Source: an uncultured Nitrososphaeraceae archaeon
Lineage (GTDB): Archaea; Thermoproteota; Nitrososphaeria; Nitrososphaerales; Nitrososphaeraceae
DNA length: 62,704 bases
Direction of reading: 5' to 3'
Assembly: GCA_963825865.1 (NCBI GenBank)
Contig: CAWGVG010000049.1
Span: 1 to 62,704, forward strand
A model generated the notes under the pieces. That model did not search any database. It had not been told where the DNA came from and worked only from the letters and a program-made list of their open reading frames with translations. Made by a program: the position numbers and the translations under genes. Shown one piece after another: positions 11,516 to 22,189 of this stretch. Numbering within the stretch: the stretch's first letter is position 1; each line of letters begins with the position of its first letter.

Positions 11516-12911
11516 TCATTGACCCGATGCAGCTGAAATCCTGTATATCTTTCCTTCACCATGACTTGACTTTTTTTCATCAAATGTCAATATATACAAA
11601 AGACCATCTGGCCCAGTCTTGATATCTGTTATGCCACGAAAACCTGTTGCAAGAGTTACTGCTGCTACTTCATTTTTATTATCAGCTACCTTATCTGATA
11701 GACCAGAAGAAGAAGAAGAAGAAGATGATGATTGTTGACTATTGCTATCTTCATTGCTATTATCAAACTTTAGTCCTGTTCTATTTTCATTAACCTCAAA
11801 GAAGTACAGATTGCCTTTGGTTATATCGCCAACAAATATGTTATTTTTGTATTTGTCTCCAAGTTTTGATGAGTTCAGAAAAGCTATGTCTGTTACACCT
11901 ATTGATTCAAACCAGCTAAAAACAGGATCGGCATATCTGGAGCCTGGAAAATTAAAAAGCTGGGATTCATTAATACTGCTGTTTCTGGAGATGGGTCCCA
12001 TCACCTTCTTCCATCCACTGTTGAAACCAGATTTCATCATAATCTTTATCGCCGTTTTCTGCATCCCATAAGGTACCAGTTACTGGATCAAATGCTAGTC
12101 CAAAACTGTTTCTTATGCCATATGCAAAATATCTGCTCATAGCTGAGCTATTGCCATTTTTCTCAGATAAAAATGGATTATTCTTAGCTGGATAGCCATT
12201 ATCAGGGTTTATTCTTAGTATTACAGATGTATCATCTGGTTCTGGTCCATCTATGAAATTCTGAAGTTTTCCCTGTCTGTTAAGGTCTCCTATAACTGCA
12301 TATAGATATTGATCAGGACCAATTGCCAATTTTCCACCAGGATGATTTTGACCCTCTGCAGGAAGGTCTAAAATAAGCTTGGGGTTTATAAGCGTCTCTC
12401 CATTCCATTGGTATTTGTAAACTCTATTTCTTACAGGCTGGTCACCTTTGGCTGCTTCTGAAAGATAAAGAAAAACTTCTCTACTGTTATTGCTGCTGTT
12501 GCTGTTACTTGCTTTAGTTGCTATTCCCAAAAGGCCACGACAGCATATTCGAGTGGAATTATCAATATCGACTTTCAGTACAGGTTGGTCTTTTAATACG
12601 CCATTTGAAACTAGACGTACTTCTCCATTATTCTTTTGTAGAATCAAAATATCTTTGTTGTTGTTGTTGTTGATAAATGCCATACTAGTTGGATAAGATA
12701 ATCCTTGTACTACTAATTCGGCTCTTAAGTTAGGATCATTAAAAGTTGGTTCTGTAGAACTTGCTTCTGCTTCTTTGATATTGGTGGCATAGACATCACT
12801 AACAAAAAAGTGTCTGCTATAAACACTAAAATTTGATAAAATAAACAAAACCATAACTGCTAATGCTATTACTGGTATAGTAGAAGAACAATAATAATAA
12901 AGTCTATACAT
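11516..12911 (-). pseudogene. secreted PQQ-dependent aldose/glucose dehydrogenase (GSDH beta-propeller), frameshifted at ~12030
   Basis: GLSYPTSMAF, RGLLGIA, NHPGGKLAIGPD, AYGIRNSFGLAFDPVTGTLWDAENG, GITDIKTGPDGLLY; signal-like N-terminus. Confidence 0.9.
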
Positions 12912-13020
12912 AGAATTAATTTCGTTCTTATAACACATAGTAAGTATTTGTTCTTTTTGAACTTTAGAACAAATAAGAGCAATAACAACAATAAGCATAA
13001 AGTCTGCCCATGTGAATTGC

Positions 13021-13207
13021 ATTTAAGCGTATTGTTTTATTCATCTAGTGTATGACCATATCCACACATAACAGATTGAAAGGATATCTACCCATTCGAG
13101 GCCTTACCTCACTACAGTCTTTATCCTCATTGTTAAGGATGGATTGCCACAGTTAACTTGACGAGGCTATTCTCTTACCTCAAGCTTTATGTCGTGGTTA
13201 TGACTCC
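13021..13207 (-). ncRNA. candidate bridge/seek RNA of the IS110 element
   Basis: Two stem-internal loop-GAGG/CCTC hairpin modules; loop sequences match the flanking target and the element end-junction. Confidence 0.75.
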
Positions 13208-14214
13208 TTAACTGTCATTATATTTTGGAACATATTCTCTTCTTTCTTTTATAACCCAATAAACAACCTTCAGCAATTTGGATGCAGCAGCAACAACTGC
13301 TTTTGAATTACCTTTAATTTTAGCAAGTCTTTCATAAAACCTTGTGATGCTAGTATTCTTATAATTTCTAATATGAGCACGGACACATTCTACCATAACC
13401 CATCTCAGATACCTGCTACCTGTCTTGGTAATAAATCCGTGATATGTTATACCACCTGAGCTATGTGTAGAAGGTACCAGTCCTGCATATGAACAAAGAT
13501 GGTGTGAATCAGGAAATCTGTTTATGTCTCCACCAATTTCACTTACTATCAATAGAGCAGAGTAATATCCAATGCCAGGTATTGTCATTAACAGCTTGGC
13601 AATATCATTTTCATTTACACATAACTTTATCTTTCTAGATACATCATTAATTTCTGAATCTAGAGATTCTATTATACGAAGGTAACTATCAATTCTGTAA
13701 TCTTTGATCTCCTTTAATTTCTCAATATGTTTACGAGTAAAAGGATGAACACCTGTTATTCTTACACCCTTCATCAGGATAATGCTATGAATCTTGTTCT
13801 TCATCTTGGTTCTCATTTTCACCAATGCAAGCCTGTGCCTGACAAGCTCACGTAGACCCATTGTTTCCTTGTCTGGAATGTAGCACTCTGCTATGTATCC
13901 ACCTCTAAGTAAATCAGCTAATTTCAACGCGTCTATTTTGTCTGTTTTTATCTTAGCTGTTGCTATAGCTTTTGTTTTGACAGGATTTGATAATACTACA
14001 TCAAGGTGTTTTTGCTTTGATAGGTATTCGTATATGTTATACCATACACCTGATGATTCCATTACTACCTTTGGATTTTCGTTATTGATATCCTTGAAGA
14101 ATTTGCCTACTTCAACCAAATCATTATCTATCCTTGAATTTCTAATCAGCTTTCCATTTTCATCAAGTGCAGCTATTTGAAGATACTTCTTGTGAAATCC
14201 ATTCCTATGTACAT
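13208..14214 (-). pseudogene. IS110 DEDD recombinase/transposase; 1-nt frameshift near the start
   Basis: MYIGMDF/HKKYLQIAALDENG (shift ~14195), VVMES, KTDKIDA, LMTIPGIG, SYAGLVPSTHSSGG, AVVAAASKL. Confidence 0.92.
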
Positions 14215-14331
14215 AGTAGGTATTTTACTGTCTAAGTTGGATTTAGGTAACTTTTTATTCACATACTGTTAACTTTCACAAAGTATACTATGCTTGAATG
14301 TGAATAACTATTCTATTTGACGAAGGAAATA

Positions 14332-14412
14332 ATGAATAATTTGAGCTCATCATTGAATAGTCTAGAATGGCGTAAAAGCAAGGTATTAGAATTAGCAAGT
14401 CAGGGCTATAAC
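14332..14412 (+). pseudogene. N-terminal stub of the same HTH (small-terminase-like) family
   Basis: MNNLSSSLNSLEWRKSKVLELASQGYN, then an abrupt switch to Pro-rich sequence. Confidence 0.5.
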
Positions 14413-15127
14413 CACCGCCCCAACTGGCGGCTAGACACTACTAAAAACAACGACTCCGACTCTACCAAATACTCCACCTCCACCATCAACACAACGTCCA
14501 CCATCAACTCCGCCAATACCAACTGAACCACCAATATGTCTACCGGGAATTTCAGGTTGTAAACCACCATGTGATCGACCATCTCAAGATCCAAACCGTT
14601 CAGCAGCAGTAAGAATTTAGCTAGGCCATACAAGAACAGTTACTTGATTCTGTCTTTGGTATTTCTATAAAACTAGGCAGAGTTCCTTTTTCTACAGTAG
14701 TGAAAAGGTCAACGAAACATACCAAACCTAGTATGTCATCTTTCATAAATAAAGAACCATTCTAATTCTTCTCATTTTTCATCGGTCAAACACCATTAGA
14801 AGATGTACCTTTGTTCCCTATTTAGTTCTGATTATAAACAACCACATCGTGCATAGAAGTATGGATGCTCATATCAACATTTGTATATACCTGGTTGCTT
14901 GTTTGGGCTGCAGTTACAATTAAAAAACAGTCATGGAGATAGGTATATAAGTTGTGAAAACATGTATCTTCTAGCACTTGAGATAACCCCCGTTCTTCAG
15001 AATATCGAAGGTAATGTATGCTAATGTCCAAATCAAGTTTCTCCTTTACATATTGCTGGATCTCAACTGCTGTCAAATGTCTAACAGTAGAACATTGCTA
15101 TTATTACAATTATTGAAGTAACTATTG

Positions 15128-16009
15128 TTATTTAGAAAGAGGCAGCGTCTCAATTTCCCTTACACTAAGATTTTTTAGATCCCATATGATGTTGTCTGAT
15201 CTGAATGCTACAGTCTGACCAGAATTTGTTATTATATAGTCTTTAGGTTTTCCACAATCAGCACTGTAAAATACGTTATCAGAAGCGTCGGCATACCATC
15301 CACCATCGTCAATAATATCTGCTACTTTTACCCAATGGTTGTTATTTTTATCGTCTAGGTATGACTGCATTCTTACTGCGCTATCATTATCTATATTATA
15401 AATAATCACTTTCCAGCCAATCCATCTACCAAGAATTGAATCAGTAACTTTGGCTTTAGCTAGCTGATCGGTATATCCATCCGTAAACCATATTTCTTTT
15501 ATCCACGATACAGTACCATCGATACCTAACCAGCCTTTTAGAGCAGAACCATCACAAGGAACGTCATCACTATGTTTACCTCCTCTTGCATACCAGTCCA
15601 AGTGATCATTATTGGGAGAATTTGCCGAAATAACCTTAGCATAACCCGTAATCTCAACGTTCTTCCATGGCTGCATGCCTTCCGGTGTATTGACATTCAT
15701 TCTTACCTGTTTAGCAGCTATTTCCCATGAACCATCAGGTTGTTTTGTCAATGTAGACTTTGGATCGAATATTCCATCGCTTTTTGGACTGTCCATATTA
15801 ATATACCACTGCCTTCCACCTTCTTTGGTTGGATATATTTCCTTTATACCTAATTTATCTACAGTAGTTGGGGGAGTAGTAGTCGCAGAAGATAGAGTAG
15901 AATTTTGGCTACTGTCGTCGTTTACAAGACTATGCACTACAGTAGGTGCAAATGTTCCTAGAATAGCGATCAATATGAATGCAATGAAATATACATATTT
16001 AGAATACAA
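15128..16009 (-). CDS. secreted beta-sandwich (carbohydrate-binding/lyase-like) protein
   Basis: Signal peptide, Ser/Thr linker, Trp-rich domain (GIKEIYPTK, WKNVEITGY, WYARGGKH, WIGWK). Confidence 0.7.
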   Translation of the reverse strand: MYSKYVYFIAFILIAILGTFAPTVVHSLVNDDSSQNSTLSSATTTPPTTVDKLGIKEIYPTKEGGRQWYINMDSPKSDGIFDPKSTLTKQPDGSWEIAAKQVRMNVNTPEGMQPWKNVEITGYAKVISANSPNNDHLDWYARGGKHSDDVPCDGSALKGWLGIDGTVSWIKEIWFTDGYTDQLAKAKVTDSILGRWIGWKVIIYNIDNDSAVRMQSYLDDKNNNHWVKVADIIDDGGWYADASDNVFYSADCGKPKDYIITNSGQTVAFRSDNIIWDLKNLSVREIETLPLSK

Positions 16010-16369
16010 TTATACTAAACAACAAAGTAGAAGAATTATTTAGACCTTACAGAAGATATTACGTTGCAAGGTAAAATAACAAGATTATGTATAATAATAC
16101 TATTAAAGCAGATATGCAGATGTAAGGTAAGACGTCCAAAATAAATGATTACTCGCGGGCTCTGGAATACTTCTATACGTATTGCGCACACTGCGTGTGA
16201 TGCGAGCACAAATATCTACTTTCTTTCCTAAAAAGAGAAAGAAAAAATAATAATTCTTTTTGTGTACTTACACTCTATTGTGGTGTACTCATTCTAAGAA
16301 CATCAACCTGTCCACTATCTAACCAGTTCTTTAACTCTTCATAGGTTGGCTTTCCATCATGCTTGCCAG

Positions 16370-16610
16370 CTAAATCAAGATAATGCCATTTTGAACAAGT
16401 ATTTTCTGCTTTAAATCATTACCCATCCTTCTCTTGATGTACCTAGCGCTTTGCTTTGAATTCATAGACCATCTTACTGTTTTCTTTAGAGCATATTCAG
16501 GTAAGTAATCAGAATCGGAAGTGATAGCAGAATGTCTTATGCAATATGGATTCCATTTTTTAGTTTTGATAAGGTATTGATGTTTTTCTGCTTCTTCTTT
16601 ATCAGATATT
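16370..16610 (-). pseudogene. tyrosine recombinase/integrase C-terminal fragment
   Basis: KKWNPYCIRHSAIT...VRWSMNSKQSARYIKRR (box II RH and candidate catalytic Tyr). Confidence 0.75.
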
Positions 16611-16629
16611 TAATCTTGGGGAAGGGGCT

Positions 16630-16704
16630 ATGATTAATTTTACCAATAACCACCATGCAGCAGCAAAGTTATTCCTTGACAATTCGACAGGGTTAGAAAA
16701 ATGA
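16630..16704 (+). pseudogene. isolated 3' end of a phosphoesterase/phospholipase C paralogue
   Basis: MINFTNNHHAAAKLFLDNSTGLEK* matches the C-terminus of the gene at 18434-20027. Confidence 0.7.
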
Positions 16705-16754
16705 ATAACTATCGCAAAGTTGACAAGGTAATCATCTTGTCAAATCAAGCGCAG

Positions 16755-16880
16755 ACTTGACAGAGCCTTAATTTAGGCTCTGTAAACCATCTCCCTATGT
16801 ATGGACACGACCATAGGGAGATTGGAACAATCTTTTTCCTGAGATGTTTCGGAAAGAAAGAGAATCGCTGTAGACGAATT
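16755..16880. mobile_element. abutting IS6-like ends and possible transposase relic
   Basis: ACTTGACAGAGCC + 8 bp + GGCTCTGTAAAC; downstream relic RKRIAVDE. Confidence 0.45.
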
Positions 16881-16980
16881 ACAAACTATTGTAATAAGGT
16901 AATACCATAATTTTTCTATTTGTTATTTAATTTTGATTTATATACAATTCAATAAGACTAGCCCATGGTTACTTAGGGTA

Positions 16981-17017
16981 GGTTATCCTTGACAATTCGA
17001 CAGGGTTAGAAAAATGA
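16981..17017 (+). repeat. second isolated copy of the phosphoesterase 3' end
   Basis: CCTTGACAATTCGACAGGGTTAGAAAAATGA, identical to 16674-16704. Confidence 0.8.
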
Positions 17018-17106
17018 ATAATTCTCAGGCCTAAAAATCAGAGTGTGATTTTCTTTACATTATGAATTAACGTTAATCATTTGTTATCTCTTTCAATCTG
17101 AATACC

Positions 17107-17367
17107 TTATCTTTTAATAATGCCTCCGAAATGGGAATTGCCATTCAGTCCTTGGCTTCCATGCAATCCAATAGATCCTGGTCCAGACTTAATTCCACCT
17201 GCTCCAACAGTCCCACCATTTTGTCCTTCACATTTTGCTCCCCCGAACTTTAGAGCGCCAGCAGCTGTATCTGCAGTTCCCTTTTTGGAATTACAGTCTA
17301 TTGTGCTCGTGTTTATACTATCTACTGCATTCGACACTTGGGCTATCGGTGTCATTGTTATGATCAT
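17107..17367 (-). CDS. small Gly-rich protein or C-terminal fragment
   Basis: G-x-x-like stretch GQNGGTVGAGGIKSGPGSIGLHGSQGLNG; two Cys. Confidence 0.4.
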   Translation of the reverse strand: MIITMTPIAQVSNAVDSINTSTIDCNSKKGTADTAAGALKFGGAKCEGQNGGTVGAGGIKSGPGSIGLHGSQGLNGNSHFGGIIKR

Positions 17368-17386
17368 AAAGATGAACGGTCAGTTC

Positions 17387-17582
17387 TTAGAGCTTTGTTA
17401 GATACGAGAGCAAAAGGGTTAGATGAAAAGATGCTTGTAACTGCATCGTATGCAATCGCTTCGCTAGTTGAAAAGACTCACTTGAATGAAAACTATGTAA
17501 TTCCCAAAGTAAACGACCAAGGGTTCTCCCAGTTGTGACAGAGACGTTAAAAGAGGCAATCGTACCAGTATCTACTAAATGA
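17387..17582 (+). pseudogene. C-terminal fragment of NAD(P)-dependent malic enzyme
   Basis: LRALLDTRAKGLDEKMLVTASYAIASLV...ENYVIPKVND/PRVLPVVTETLKEA. Confidence 0.75.
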
Positions 17583-17609
17583 ATGTAAAAAAAAGAGGAT
17601 TATTTTAGA

Positions 17610-17902
17610 TTAAATCGTGAGAGTATCAATCTCGTCCGCTGCGCCAGTTAATACTTGTATTCGTACGGAGTTAGGGGGAAGAAAGGGCTTCAGTGCGCAT
17701 ATAGCTGCCCATTCCTGCGAAAGTTTCGGGTCCTGTCCTCATCGAGTTTAAAGACTCGAACAGGAGGAGAAGGACCGAAGTCTGGGGGATTGGAGGTTCC
17801 AGGTATTGGTGTCGCAGTTGTGATATTGAATGTTATCTGCCCACGCGGTTTTTTTTCGTTTACTTCAAAATTTACAATAGTTCCTCTGTATTGACCAGGC
17901 AT
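17610..17902 (-). pseudogene. hypothetical ~97-aa protein, frameshifted, elevated GC
   Basis: ORF 17690-17902 continues as AAICALKPFLPPNSVRIQVLTGAADEIDTLTI* in a shifted frame. Confidence 0.45.
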
Positions 17903-18077
17903 CGCTACTTTATAGAAGTAGAACTATTTATACTTTTCTTGTAATAGTGGATTTCTTCATCTAGAAACAATAGCTTTGAACGAGCAATCAATAGTCGAGG
18001 TATGATAATGGCGCGCTTAAACTATTATACAATCGCGCCAACTAAAATTATAGATAAATATATATATTTAATTTTAG

Positions 18078-18136
18078 TAGACCTATGCTTCATATAACGC
18101 ATGGATGAATGGATATAAAATATCTGTCTCAATCAT
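18078..18136. repeat. ~59-bp dispersed repeat, copy 2
   Basis: Near-identical to 5695-5754. Confidence 0.85.
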
Positions 18137-18433
18137 AAACATGTTAGAAACCTACCATCGCTAGAATAAGTGACTGAATGTATGCTTGTATATTCAGGTC
18201 CTATACTAGTCTTCTCTCCACTCTGCATATTAGTCCAATTATACCAAGGAGTTTCTATTTCTTGGCGTCCAAAGCAGGAGATAAAGCAAACACATTTGTC
18301 GGCCACGACAAACAATAAAACACAACTGCTATAATAACAAACAAAAGTAACTGCAGAATGAGACTGTCCAAGTCTGCATGTTTGAAGAAAATCCTCCTAT
18401 ACTAACTCAGTTTCTTTATGATATCGGAATTCT

Positions 18434-20027
18434 TCATTTTTCTACCCCTGTTGAATTGTCAAGAAACAGCTTTTCGCAGGATGACTATTTGTAAAGTTAA
18501 ACATGTTCATAATTGATCCAGCTTTGGCATCAAATGATTGATCTCCAATACGCTTCAGGCCCCAATTATCCTCTATAAACCTAATTATGGATGTCTGGTC
18601 TGTAATCTCATGATCAACATAGTTTACCTGGAGATATTATCAATAAAGGAAGGCGAGGCCCATAACCACATCTGTCTTGATAAGCACCTGCAGGAGCGTG
18701 GCCACAAAGGCCATCCTTGCCAAGGAGCCTATCGTAAACGGGGTCGTTGGATTGACTGACTATCTGTGGCATTACATGATCATACCATCCATCTGAGTCA
18801 TCATAAGTTATAATGACTGCTGTACTATTCCATTGTGGTAGATTTTGCAAGCGGTTAGTAGTATTAACTAGAAAAGTCTGTTCATCAAGTGGATTAGAAA
18901 ATCCTGGATGTCCACTTTGGAATGAGGGGGCCTTGAGAAAACTAACTGCAGGTAAATTGCCACTTTCACGGCTCTCCAGAACATACTCAGATTATATTGA
19001 TGATTTGCTTGGTCACCATTACCGACCATTGCTACTGAAGTTGGGGATAGATGATGAGGATTGGCTGTAGAATTATAGTACTGGAAAGGTTCAACATCTG
19101 GATAATAGTCATTCTGTTGAGTATTATTATTAGTCAAGATAACTCCGTTGTATGAGCAAAGCCATTTACCATTAGCTATTTTAATAGATGGTGTGAAACC
19201 TGCTGAAAACCATCCCCATGTTACATTATTTTTCTCATTAAGACGATCACCTATGTTCTTATTCTTATCTGACATGACTATTGTAGGATTTGTGTGATTT
19301 GAACAATCATCATTGGTGGGATCTAGGTTACCTATCAAGGTACCTTTAACAACACGGTTTTTAATGTCGGTTGATATAACATGACCTTTACTGTCTCTTG
19401 GTATCACACCATGAGTCTGACCAGAAATAAAGTTAAGATGTCCTGGAGTTGAAGGCCCAAAGGTAGGACTAAAGAAATTATCGCTCATTGCAAAGTGTTG
19501 CGCATAGTTCCATAATGCTGTTACAGTATTACCATCATAATGTCCCATGACCTGATGTAGGCGGCAGGCACATTACAATAATCTCGATAAGGGGATGTAG
19601 AATTTACAAAGTTGTCCAAAAGACCACCGTTAGTTGCATTCTGCTCAGCTGTGTAACCATGATTCATGTCACAAGTTACAGCTCGGGAGCGATCTAGACG
19701 GAATGGCTGATATTGATTTGTATTATTAGTCAATTGGGCTCCAGTTAAACCATTAACTGATGGTGTGTTTGGAGAAGGTGAAAAGTGAGGTTCACCAGGT
19801 AGATTTGTAGTATTAGGATAAGTAGCAAAATAGTGATCGAATGAAATATTTTCTTGAAAGATGACTACAAGGTGTTTAATAGGTTTAGCTGTTGAAAAAT
19901 TACTAGGAGCAGCAGAAGCTTTCGTTGCAACTGATATTAGCGACGTACCAGATAAAATTGACGAGATTATTAGTAATAAAGCTAAAAGTACATTTGTTGA
20001 TATCTTATTCAATAGGTGCAGTTGCAT
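18434..20027 (-). pseudogene. secreted phosphoesterase (phospholipase C/AcpA family), several frameshifts
   Basis: IKHLVVIFQENISFDHYF, WNYAQHFAMSDNFF, GPSTPGH, IITYDDSDGWYDHV, GYGPRLPLLIISP, KLFLDNSTGVEK*. Confidence 0.92.
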
Positions 20028-20653
20028 TGTAACTTATTTATGCTTTCGTCAGTATACAATTATTATTCCACACCCATCTAACCAAAAAAGTAAAGATTGT
20101 CATTTACTACTATAAATAACGATTATTAGCTGGCTTCCTTCGCTGACGAAAAACGACCAACATTCTATATTTATCTTAAAACCTTCAATGGGTTCTTTTA
20201 TTGCAGAAGATCTTGCTTGAATGAATCCTATTGCCAGTAACGATAATCCTATACATAATGATCTAATAGTGTGTCTAAAATATGCCGGAGTAGTGTTTAC
20301 ATGATGTTACTAAAAGGCTGTGAGCAGCCTCGATAACTTCTGTACGCGAGCAGTCGACATTGAGTGCTCCATGAATGTGTACCTTCAATTGGGGAACCTG
20401 AATCCCACCCTCTATATGAGAGTGTCACAACCTGCGCCATAACTAATAGAAACCCTTTAATCTTTACATTTCTTTTTTTCAAACTATCTGGATGATTGAT
20501 ACTTGATGCGCTATAGCATGTGATGTATTGATAAAAACATACCTGATATTAATACTACCACTGACTTTAATGGCTGCGGCTGGTAGTATTGTACTGGATA
20601 ATGATAATACCGCATTTGCAAAAAACAAACCAGTAAATAATGGCCCGGCTGCA

Positions 20654-20900
20654 TTAGGTTTTAGACCAGAAGTCAGAAATCTTAATTTTAAGCCCAAGCC
20701 TCTTTGTTGCTCTTATTACAGCACAACAAGCCTTGATGGCTGGACTTGAACCTTCTATATTTTGACTAACCGAATCTATTGCTGTATCTCTTACGAAATC
20801 ACTTAGACCGAGTTGTTTTGAAAGCCTTTCAACATACTCTGCTGCATCTAAAGCAGGAACATAGTCTATTTCTGACATAGTTTGCATAACGCTTTTTGTC
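20654..20900 (-). pseudogene. tfb: transcription factor B (TFB)-like C-terminal cyclin-fold fragment
   Basis: PALDAAEYVERLSKQLGLSDFVRDTAID...EGSSPAIKACCAV. Confidence 0.55.
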
Positions 20901-21032
20901 GCGATTCCAAAATCCATACACGAGGATCGGATCCGAGAGAACAGTCAGGTATTCGACTTCGATCTTGCGCCTGATGATATGAAACTCCTAGACTCGCTGA
21001 ACGAGAATTTGCAAACAGTATTCTTTGATTAG
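20898..21032 (+). pseudogene. aldo/keto reductase C-terminal fragment
   Basis: [35 protein letters not shown]. Confidence 0.85.
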
Positions 21033-21449
21033 TGATGATCTGATTGATCGTGTGCTCTGGATGAAAAGTTCAGCGTTCCATGCATCTCCAATAGCGGTAA
21101 TCGATCTTATAACACAATGCATACGTGATGACAGAAGGAAATGACAAAAGCTTCTTTTGTAATTGGGAACATCAATTGAGCAGTCTTCTTACGTTGTTGT
21201 TTCTAATGTACATTAGCTAAAAACCATTCTAGGAAATTGGAAATAACTAGCACACAGATTGAATCTAATATAGAGGCATATTTTTCTAAGGCGGATGTCG
21301 TGAAAAGCTGGCGTTATTATCCCAGTCATTCTTTTTATAATTATCATCGCTTGTATTTTGAAGAACAATATAAGAAGGCTACAAGTAACTAAGTTACGTG
21401 TCATAGATAATCAAGGGTTATAACAAAAATTCAACCCCGTTATTCTACA

Positions 21450-21944
21450 ATGACAACAAATTCAAAACTAAGCAAGAAAGTGCAGATACCGGCGGCAGTC
21501 ATAGCTGTTACTGCTGTTTTTTTGACAGGAATGTTGGCAGTATATCCGGCAGTAGCTGCTGTAGGTTAATCAATGAATACGATTACTACTATGGCTCCAG
21601 GATATGGAGGGCAAATTCCAAATATCACAGGTTCAGTAAACGTTGGACAGACAGCTAAAAGTTTTATCAAGGATAATCTCAAAATACCTTTTTCACAAGC
21701 TGCCGACATTGCAGGAAAACAAAACACCAATGGTACTGTGGTAGGCGGTCATCTGGGAATAGTGCAAGGATATCTGGTATACAAATTCTTTGCAGTGAAT
21801 CCTACAAATCATACAGGGTATCTAACTATTGTTGATGCTGGAAATGGCAAGGTATTGTATACATCGCAAGGTCAACAAATGGGAGGTTCCTTTTGTACAC
21901 ACGGAGCAATTGGTGGAGCATTTGGAGCACGTCCACTACACTGA
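21450..21944 (+). pseudogene. secreted PepSY-like domain protein with internal TAA
   Basis: Signal peptide from 21450 in frame; FSQAADIA...GGHLGIVQGYLVY...VDAGNGKVLY. Confidence 0.65.
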
Positions 21945-22189
21945 TTGAGAAAAGGAAGAGAGTCTGTCCCGGAAGATTGACCGGACCGCGTCATTCTCGG
22001 ACCTGATAGATCATGAGATCGCGCCTGGAAATATGATGTACAGGCGGTGAGGCGCTACGGGCGAACATCGTCGCCAATGTCGCCACCAACCCTTTCTTTT
22101 ATTCCGAATGTATAAACTCAACACCATATCGTTGAGTGATAACTGATTATTTTTTGCAACTAGGTAGCTGTTTGCTATATCATACACTA

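Larger units (their letters stand above)
13002..14269 (-). mobile_element. IS110-family (IS1111-type) insertion sequence
   Basis: Transposase plus ~190-bp 3' non-coding end; sub-terminal IR ATGTGAAT (13010-13017)/ATTCACAT (14257-14264); GT core at both junctions (13002-13003, 14268-14269). Confidence 0.9.

Noticed and set aside
12912-13022. N-terminal extension of the 350-aa PQQ dehydrogenase ORF
   Set aside because: The annotated ATG lies inside the IS110 end; the real start is probably 12911 or 12938.
16674-18465. CTTGACAATTC.ACAGGG.TAGAAAAATGA in direct and inverted copies as transposon terminal inverted repeats
   Set aside because: It translates as the phosphoesterase C-terminus (LDNSTGxEK-stop), and there is no TSD.
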